From the NCBI GenBank assembly GCA_951406725.2, contig OX597821.1, positions 108,686,001 through 108,750,000 on the forward strand: a DNA stretch of 64,000 nucleotides. Reading direction: 5' to 3'. Positions 55,429-64,000 of the stretch are shown one piece after another (position 1 is the stretch's first letter; the number at the start of each line of letters is the position of its first letter). The position numbers were made by a program, and so were the translations under genes. The notes under the pieces are model-generated. The model searched no databases. It was not told the origin of the DNA and saw nothing but the letters and a program-made list of their open reading frames with translations. The DNA comes from Octopus vulgaris (lineage: Eukaryota).

Positions 55429-55796
55429 CATGTCATCAACATATTATTGTTATTGTTTGACATCTGAAAACATGACATTTGTATTGTACTTTTGTAATCG
55501 GCGTACTTTAGTTCTGTTTTTTTTTTTTCCTAGTGGTGAGTCGTTTACTAAAACATAATGAATGTTTTTGTTTTTATGTTTATGTGGGCCGTCATCGAAA
55601 ATACATACTTGGAATACTATAACGCGATGGATGGAAGACTTCAGGTTGACCTGTTGACCATTGCAAAACAAACTGTTAGAAGGTGTGCGATCTCTTTGAT
55701 CCCTCGGTATATTGAAACCACAGGGGGAGCTAAATTGAACGGTCTTTGTACTTCTGCATCGAAGTACAGCGGCGTGAGAATTCCTAATGCATTTAT

Positions 55797-56102
55797 TGGG
55801 ACTTCGTTGGTTACGACGAGGGTTCCAGTTGGTCCGATCATCAGGACAGCGTGTTCGTAGGATTCACGTGCAAGTGTCTGAGTACACCACAGACATGTGT
55901 ACCCTTAATGTAGTCCTCAAGTGAGATTTAGCGTGGCAAACAATGCTCTTTGAATTAAAGTTGCAGCTCATTTTCGCTAGCCGAGTGGACTGGAGCAACG
56001 TGAAATAAAGTGTCTTGCTCAAGGACATAATGCATCGTCGGAAATCGAACGCATTACCTTCCGATCGTGAACCGAATACCCTCTCCACTAAGCCACACGC
56101 CT
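55797..56102 (-). mobile_element. SINE family C
   Basis: ttacgacgagggttccagtt...gtggactggagcaacgtgaaataaagtgtcttgctcaaggac...ccactaagccacacgc. Confidence 0.85.
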
Positions 56103-56153
56103 TCCCCTTCCTACTATATAAGAAAGAACAGAATCAACAGATGAACTCCTTGT

Positions 56154-56787
56154 TACAGTAACCCCTCGACTAACGCGGGTGTTACATTCCAAAACCCACT
56201 GCGATAGGTGAAATTCGGCAAAGAAGAAGCAGTACCGTACTCTCTATATTTTTCAATTATTTCTATTCGGTTGGTGCATAATTATTGCGTTTTTCTTTTT
56301 TTTTTTTTTTTTTTTTTTAAATAAGTTTCATTCAACAAAATCAATAACAACATTTAACAAAAATATATGTACATGATTATTCCGAAGCATATTCCCCATC
56401 TACTTCAATTTCTGCTTGGCCATTTGTTTCAATTTTTTGAAAAAAAAAACCGCAATAATTATGCACTAACCTAATATAATTTGTATATATTTATTTTATT
56501 ATAAATGCAAGACAATACAACCCACTCGCTTCCAGAGTTTCGTTTTCCATACAGTATGTGCGATGGAGTGTTTTATCAATTTATCAATTTATTAATATTT
56601 AGGCGTGAAAATGCTTATTCTATCACAGAAATAATAAAAATCTTAAAAAATATAAATACCTATCGACCGCAGAAACCCGCGATATACTGAGTAGTTCGTG
56701 ATACATATTTACACATATTAGCCAGAAAAATCCGCGATGTGTTGTGTGCACGATAAGTGAACCGTGATATGGCGACTAATTACTGTA
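56154..56787. mobile_element. Tigger/pogo-like MITE with nested mariner-like MITE
   Basis: ta-cagtaacccctcg ... attactg-ta termini; inner element at about 56265-56475 has TIRs ttcggttggtgcataattattgcg and cgcaataattatgcactaacctaa with TA flanks. Confidence 0.8.
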
Positions 56788-56986
56788 TTTTCAATTTACA
56801 AATAAAGATTCCTATTTGGAATGCAGTATAGTACAGGAACCGTCTGTGAACCATAATAGATTTGAAACTAGTTGTAATTTGAAGACAGATTTTGAGTATC
56901 ACGTGTCCAGTAGAGTTGGGCACCTTACAAGCAGCTTTTATATGTATTTTTTGTCCAATTGCTAAGTTAGATTGTCAAGCGGTGGT

Positions 56987-57023
<37 letters not shown>

Positions 57024-58063
57024 TGCATGTATATATACAATAATCCCTCGCTGTATCGCGGTTCACCTATCGCGGTTTATTATTTATGCTTACGTCAATT
57101 CCTCTGTGGTGTTACCCGCAATAATCGAGAGATTACGACAGGCTTCTTTCAGTTTCTGTCTATCAAATCCAGTGTCAAGGCTTTGACGAGTGGAGGCTAA
57201 GATACCATGCAGTGGGACTGAACCCGGAAGCATAGGATCGACAAACAAGCTTCATACCTGCTGTACTTTACTATTAAATAATGCACTAATTTTTTTTTTC
57301 AAATTTGAAATTAGACAAATGATATTTAAGAATGAACCGGTATGCTACCGGTTTTTGCCAGAATTACTTCGTAAGAATTTGCGCAGATGGTGCTTCTTCA
57401 ATGAATGGCGAAATGAAAAGCTTTCTGTCTTCAGTGAACAATGCTAACAATAACGCCGTGAAATTGCTTTCTCTATAGAGGACCATTAGTTCAAGAAACA
57501 AACAGCTGTAATATACTGATGATACTATAATAGACAAGCTTGGACAGTTGTAAACCTCATAAAACGTAGGTCACCACGACTGAATTCAGAGAGAGTATTT
57601 GATTGCTTATTATTTGGATAATCTTACTTCATCAAAATCAATTTTCAGCTCATTTTATTAAATATGTAAAGCTCTACAAGACTTGTATTTCTTATGCAGA
57701 ATTCATCTCTAAGGCATTTTCCTTCAATTCTTGTCATATTAAGTCACAACGGACTGGCATCGTCACAAGCAGGAAGTTTTCCATACTTAAAACGCTCTGA
57801 AAATCTGTATAAGACCCGGCTTCTAGAGTCTGTAAGCATGAGACACACATATTGTGTTTCTTGCCATTAGTGAATGGTGCTAACGTTTTCTTCTGAAGGA
57901 GATGGCTTTTGGCTCGTGGTTCCCTGTATTTTAAGTCGATCAATCTATCGAGTGACTATATTGAACCATGGACACACTCAAATGCGTATCTGAAACACCT
58001 GTATGACTATAATAGATAAATAAAAGTATCTCATTATTTCTTTCTGTATATTATATATATATA

Positions 58064-58225
58064 CGCGCAGGAGTGGCTGCGTGGTAAGTAGCTTGCTTAC
58101 CAACCACACAGTTTGGGGTTAAGTCCCACTGTGTGGCACCTTGGGCAAGTGTCTTCTACTATAGCCTCGGGCCGACCAAAGCCTTGTGAGTGGATTTGGT
58201 AGACAGAAACTGACAGAAGCCCGTC

Positions 58226-58293
<68 letters not shown>

Positions 58294-58500
58294 ATTTGTG
58301 TGTCTGTGTTTGTCTCCCCAACATCGCTTGGCAACCGATGCTGGTGTGTTTAGGTCCCCGTTACCTAGCGGTTCGGTAAAAGAGAACGATAGGATAAGTA
58401 CTAGGCTTACAAAGAATAAGTCCTGGGGTCGATTTGCTCGACTAAAAGGCGGTGCTCCAGCATGGCCGCAGTCACATGACCGAAACAAGTAAAAGAGAAA
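58064..58500 (+). mobile_element. SINE family B, full length
   Basis: gcgcaggagtggctgcgtggtaag...gaaacaagtaaaagag. Confidence 0.92.
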
Positions 58501-58508
58501 GAGAAAAG

Positions 58509-58540
<32 letters not shown>

Positions 58541-58699
58541 TATATATATATAATATAGTATATATAATATAGTTTAGTTCACAGGTGATCTAAACGTTTA
58601 GGTATGCTAGGTAAGTGCTGTAACGGACTACAAGGGCTCCAATGTTATAGCCGAGATGGTAGTTATGGAGCCATTGCCGATTTCCGACGCAGCGGATAT

Positions 58700-58866
58700 A
58701 TATTAGTTAAGCAAGATGTCAAACATGAAAGCAAGGCAAATATCTCAAGTCATATACAATATTATTACAGGAAGAAATTCAAAATCGAATTTCTTCCTAT
58801 GATAATATTGTATATGACTTGAGATATTTGCCTTGCTTTAAAGATTGACGTCTTGTTTAACTATTA
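58700..58866. repeat. Fold-back inverted repeat (about 78-bp arms) next to (TA)n
   Basis: aaagcaaggcaaatatctcaagtcatatacaatattat versus ataatattgtatatgacttgagatatttgccttgcttt. Confidence 0.92.
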
Positions 58867-58867
58867 C

Positions 58868-58908
<41 letters not shown>

Positions 58909-58929
58909 CGTGATCACCGTGACCGATGC

Positions 58930-59180
58930 TGTACTTGAGAAGACTCATCAAGTGAAATCATAGTTGTGGCCGGAGTCAGTGACTTGTAAAAGCACCCATG
59001 CTGGTGTTAAAGGCATCCACTACACTTTTGGAGTGGTTGGCATGAGAAAGTGCATCCAGCCATAGAAACCAAGCTAAAAATCAGATGGGAACTTGGTACA
59101 GCTCTCCAGCTTACCAGTTCCAGTCAAACTGTCTAACCCATGCCAGCCTGGAAAGCAGATGCTAAATGATGATGATGATC
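58930..59180 (+). mobile_element. SINE 3' part with Deu/Nin-like domain and (TGA)n tail
   Basis: gagtggttggcatgagaaagtgcatccagcc...aacccatgccagc...taaatgatgatgatgat; domain name assigned from recalled similarity only. Confidence 0.6.
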
Positions 59181-59244
59181 TTATTTGGATCATCAAATAA
59201 TGTTTTTGAAAAATGTCCAATTCTGGTTTTTCATTTCTGGAATA

Positions 59245-59518
59245 CCAGATGTTGCTACACATGGCTGGTCACAATGCGCTTTACATTGTTTTAGCCTTCA
59301 AATGACGCTATCTCGCTGGCTAAGCGAACAGGCCAACAGAAGAAAGAGTGAGAGAAAGTTGTGGCGAAAGAGTACAGCAGGGATCACCACCACCCACTGC
59401 CGGAGATCGTGGAGCTTTAGGTGTTTTCGCTCAACAAACACTCACAACGCCCGGTCTGGGAATCGAAACCACGATCCTACAACCGCGAGTCCTCTGCCCT
59501 AACCACTAGGCCATTGCG
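59245..59518 (-). mobile_element. tRNA-derived SINE (family D)
   Basis: Minus-strand head gcaatggcctagtggttagggcagaggactcgcgg...ggtttcgattcccagacc (A/B boxes). Confidence 0.75.
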
Positions 59519-60744
59519 TATGTATGTATATATTTATATATATATATATATGTATGTATGTATGTATAGGAAAGGCTTTTTTCGGTTTTCGTCCACCAAA
59601 TTCTTTCTTTTATATGTCTGGTGTTATGGTGGAAAATTCGTGCTCAAGATGACAAGCAGAGAGACCGAACTCATGACCTAATGGTTGAGAGGCAAACTTC
59701 ATACCACACAGACACATAACACACACACATACACACAGATGCGCACACATAATACATGCATATATCTGTATATGCGTGTGTATGTATATAGACAGATACA
59801 TGTATGTGTACGTATGTATATATCTGAGTGTATGCTTGTGTGTGTCTGTAAACCACTACATCGTGTAACATGATGAGATGACGACTAAAACCGCCTCTTA
59901 TTCTCCTGATGAGAGAGATTAGTGAAACTGAGAAGCACAATAGCAAATTTTGTCCAAAGGCCGTATGAATCTAGTGCTGGGTCAACGTGTCTTTTGTACT
60001 GAGATTTGAAGACATACAAGAAGCTTCAGTTGATGACTGAGTAAGTAGAAAGGCCACTGAGGGTCATTGACCCCGTGTTCTAATCATAACAGTTATTAAG
60101 GAAAATGGAAGACTATGAATTCAAATTCACTCTATCTTGTGGGATACGGAAGACTGCATTCCTCGATAACCATTAATAAAGCTTCAACACATGTAAAAAC
60201 AGTCACACGGTCTGCTGAGCGCCAGGGAGATTAAAATTCCAAGAGAACTGACACAGAATGGAAGACTGGAGTGAAACCTCGAAGATGGTTTATTGTGAAA
60301 CTGTATCAATTTTCCAAAGAGTCCTACTCCCAAAACTCCTCTCCAAACGCTCTTGAATAAATCTTGAAGTTGGATACGCGTCATTGGGAACCGTAATTTA
60401 ATGTAGGTTTAAAGAATTTTCAGAAATTTTAAATAAAATTGAAACGAGAAGAAATCTTTATTGAAATGTAAAATGGTGAAGAGAACAAAAAATCTCAGGA
60501 GAGATAACTCTGCTATTTTAATTAATTAAACTTTCTTGGTTCGGTGCCTCTAGTAGATCATTCGTAAGTTATATTCTGGGCCAAAATAGCACAAGATTTT
60601 TGGAACCACAGAGTGACTTTGAACTATCCGTTAGGGAGGCCGGTGTATGACAAGGTACGTCTGCAACACTGTAATACTGCCACATCCGTCGTTTCTTTAC
60701 TTGCAAGAAGAAATAGAAGGATTAATATAAACAAGAGCAATTGG

Positions 60745-61407
60745 TACACACGATTACATGAAGTCTGGATGGTGGTTTGCACAGTCCAGCATGTCCCGAG
60801 CGATTTCCATGTGCTGTTGCGTTTGCTCTTTCGCCAACCAACACCGTGCGTACGAATCTCATCGATACTCACATCGTGCACAAATCCTCCGTTAAAATGG
60901 AATGAACTGATTCTGTGTTTATTTCCACCTCGTGAGTAATTTCCTGGACTGTAACACGACAGTCTTCCATGACTATTCGCCGAACCTTCTCACTCGGCTT
61001 CCCGTTTCAGCTTGTGGATGGCCTGCTTGAGCGTGCTTCGCTCTCCGTTGAAGCCTGGTCTTGTTTGAAGCGGTTGTACTATTCCTTGATGTGAGTTCTG
61101 TCCACGGCGTCATTGACAAATGGCTGCTGAAGTAACTGGATATCTTGAGATTGAGTATTACCAAGCTTTTGCCAATACTTAGTCATATATCTACTCGATA
61201 CGTTCAGTGAAGAGGGAAATCCGATGAGCGTGCGCACATGTATGTATATGCATACGTAACAGCCGGGAACTGTTGCGATACACCGGCGGAATTTTTTTAT
61301 ACACGTACGCGTGTATACTGGTGTCGCCTCCCACCCAAAGGATTTTAGACACGTGCCAGTAGTTTTGGTGGGTAAAAAAAAAATGGGATAGCTTTTGAAC
61401 GCACCTC

Positions 61408-61412
<5 letters not shown>
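60745..61412 (-). mobile_element. Mariner transposon 5' portion pseudogene
   Basis: TIR cgaggtgcgttcaaaagctatccc next to (TA)n; LGNTQSQDIQLLQQPFVNDAVDRTHIKE*YNRFK..SEARSSRPSTS..VRRIVMEDCRVTVQEI..VHSILTEDL. Confidence 0.82.
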
Positions 61413-61475
<63 letters not shown>

Positions 61476-61477
61476 AG

Positions 61478-61610
61478 GTGCAGGTAAGAAGATTCCTTCT
61501 CAACCACACGGTTCAGTCCAACTCCGAGGCACCTTGGGCAGTGTGTTCTACTATATCCTCGGGCCGACTAAGCCTCGTGAGTGGATTTGAGAGATGAAAG
61601 AAGTCCGTCG

Positions 61611-61612
<2 letters not shown>
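61478..61612 (+). mobile_element. SINE family B 5' half
   Basis: ggtaagaagattccttctcaaccacacggttcagtcc..accttgggcagtgtgttctactata. Confidence 0.75.
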
Positions 61613-61651
<39 letters not shown>

Positions 61652-61750
61652 ATGTATATACATACATATATATATATATGTATGTATGTATATACATATA
61701 CATACATATATATGTATGTATGTATATGTATATATATATGTATATATATG

Positions 61751-61813
<63 letters not shown>

Positions 61814-62280
61814 GTGCATATGTATATGATAAGCATAAGGGTGTGTATGTGTGTGCATACTGTCCATAGTACAGTGCTATATTATGGAAGATGATTTCTA
61901 GCGTTATCAACATTAATTAGTTAATCTGTGCTGAGTGGGGCGGGAGGTGCTGTCAATTTTATCCACACTCCTACATCTTGGGTTATGCTTTAATGTACAC
62001 GAGAGCGGGCGTGTATAGACAGACACACACATACACACACATATGCATTCGTGTATATATATAATATATGCATGCATATATACATGCTCTTATATATTGA
62101 TATAGGTGTACATGTACGCGAATATATATACATCCCTGTATGTATATGTATATATATATATATATATACATATATACATATATATATATACATATATATA
62201 TACATAAATATATGCATATATATATACACACATATATATACATATATCTATCCATATATATATATAATATATATACATAC

Positions 62281-62347
<67 letters not shown>

Positions 62348-62541
62348 CATCAGATACATACACACATATATATATATATATATACACATATCGTGTCCGA
62401 TAAGGGACCGTTTTATCGCAATGATTATTCTTTGAATATCATCACTATCTTCTCACTGTTCATTTCTCCATATTTACAAACATAATGTGTATGTGTCTAT
62501 AGATATATATATATAGACACACACACGCACGCACACATGCC

Positions 62542-62574
<33 letters not shown>

Positions 62575-62710
62575 TTATGAACATGCCTGCTCTATCTCAA
62601 TCTTTTCCCCTACACACACACACGATCTCATGAGATAAGGACCATATTTGCCCACGAACACACACAGCTACATATGTAAATATAACAAAGTGTATTACAA
62701 TTGCATGCGC

Positions 62711-62767
<57 letters not shown>

Positions 62768-62914
62768 TGTGTATGTATGTGTGTGTGTGTGTGTTTATGA
62801 TAGACACTAGAATGATTGTATCTGTCTGAAAATGCATTTCCAATTACCTCTCTCACGTGTTTTTTTTTTAAATCTGTCTCTCACTCTCATCTCCCTCGTT
62901 CTCTCTCTTTCCTT

Positions 62915-63510
<596 letters not shown>

Positions 63511-64000
63511 ATTCTTTTGTTAATATATCTCCCTTTTTCACTTTCGCACACTTTCTCTGTCTGACTGTCAATCTTATTTTGCATAGCTTGTATACAAATG
63601 GCCTATGTATGAGTACACCTTAGTTCCTGCAATTAATATATGTAATTAATATATACGTGTATGTGTACGGGCTCGTGTATGCGTGCGTGCCAGTGTGTAT
63701 GCGTGTGTGTATACATACATACATACATACATACATACATACATACATACATACATACATACATACATACATACGTACAGGTGAGGGTACATGTCTTTGG
63801 GCACAAAAATATAAAGGAGGATCAGTTAATTATGATTTTATTCAACATATTCTCCTCTCAGATTCACACACACACACATAGTGCAGCGTCCCTTCAGTTT
63901 GTCTGAACCCTATAAAATAACTCGGGAAGTTGGGCTTCCAGTCAGGCCTTCCGCGATACACTGAACGCCAAGAGCTATTCAATACCACTTTAGGTACATA

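Overview
AT-rich eukaryotic repetitive DNA, intronic or intergenic. The SINE families and extreme microsatellite load suggest a cephalopod such as Octopus (inference). I find no intact host gene; almost all long ORFs in the track are microsatellite translations. The window contains: (1) about 30 copies of at least four tRNA-derived SINE families; (2) decayed LINEs: three CR1/L2-type RT fragments, one RTE-type RT and three R4/Dong-type restriction-like-endonuclease fragments at (TAA)n; (3) a Penelope-like element (PLE) 3' half with a C-terminal GIY-YIG domain broken by a single stop; (4) mariner and Tigger/pogo relics; (5) a perfectly homogeneous 24-bp x 38 minisatellite. The main hidden signal is about ten hammerhead-ribozyme (HHR) folds from at least six sequence families, in short non-coding cassettes beside (TA)n tracts. 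They include two well-formed type I HHRs with extended stem II, minimal dimer-type HHRs and a two-copy candidate type III HHR. Four fold-back inserts also lie at (TA)n tracts. Together these look like a microsatellite-targeted, ribozyme-bearing PLE/retrozyme system. All folds were done by eye and none is experimentally validated.
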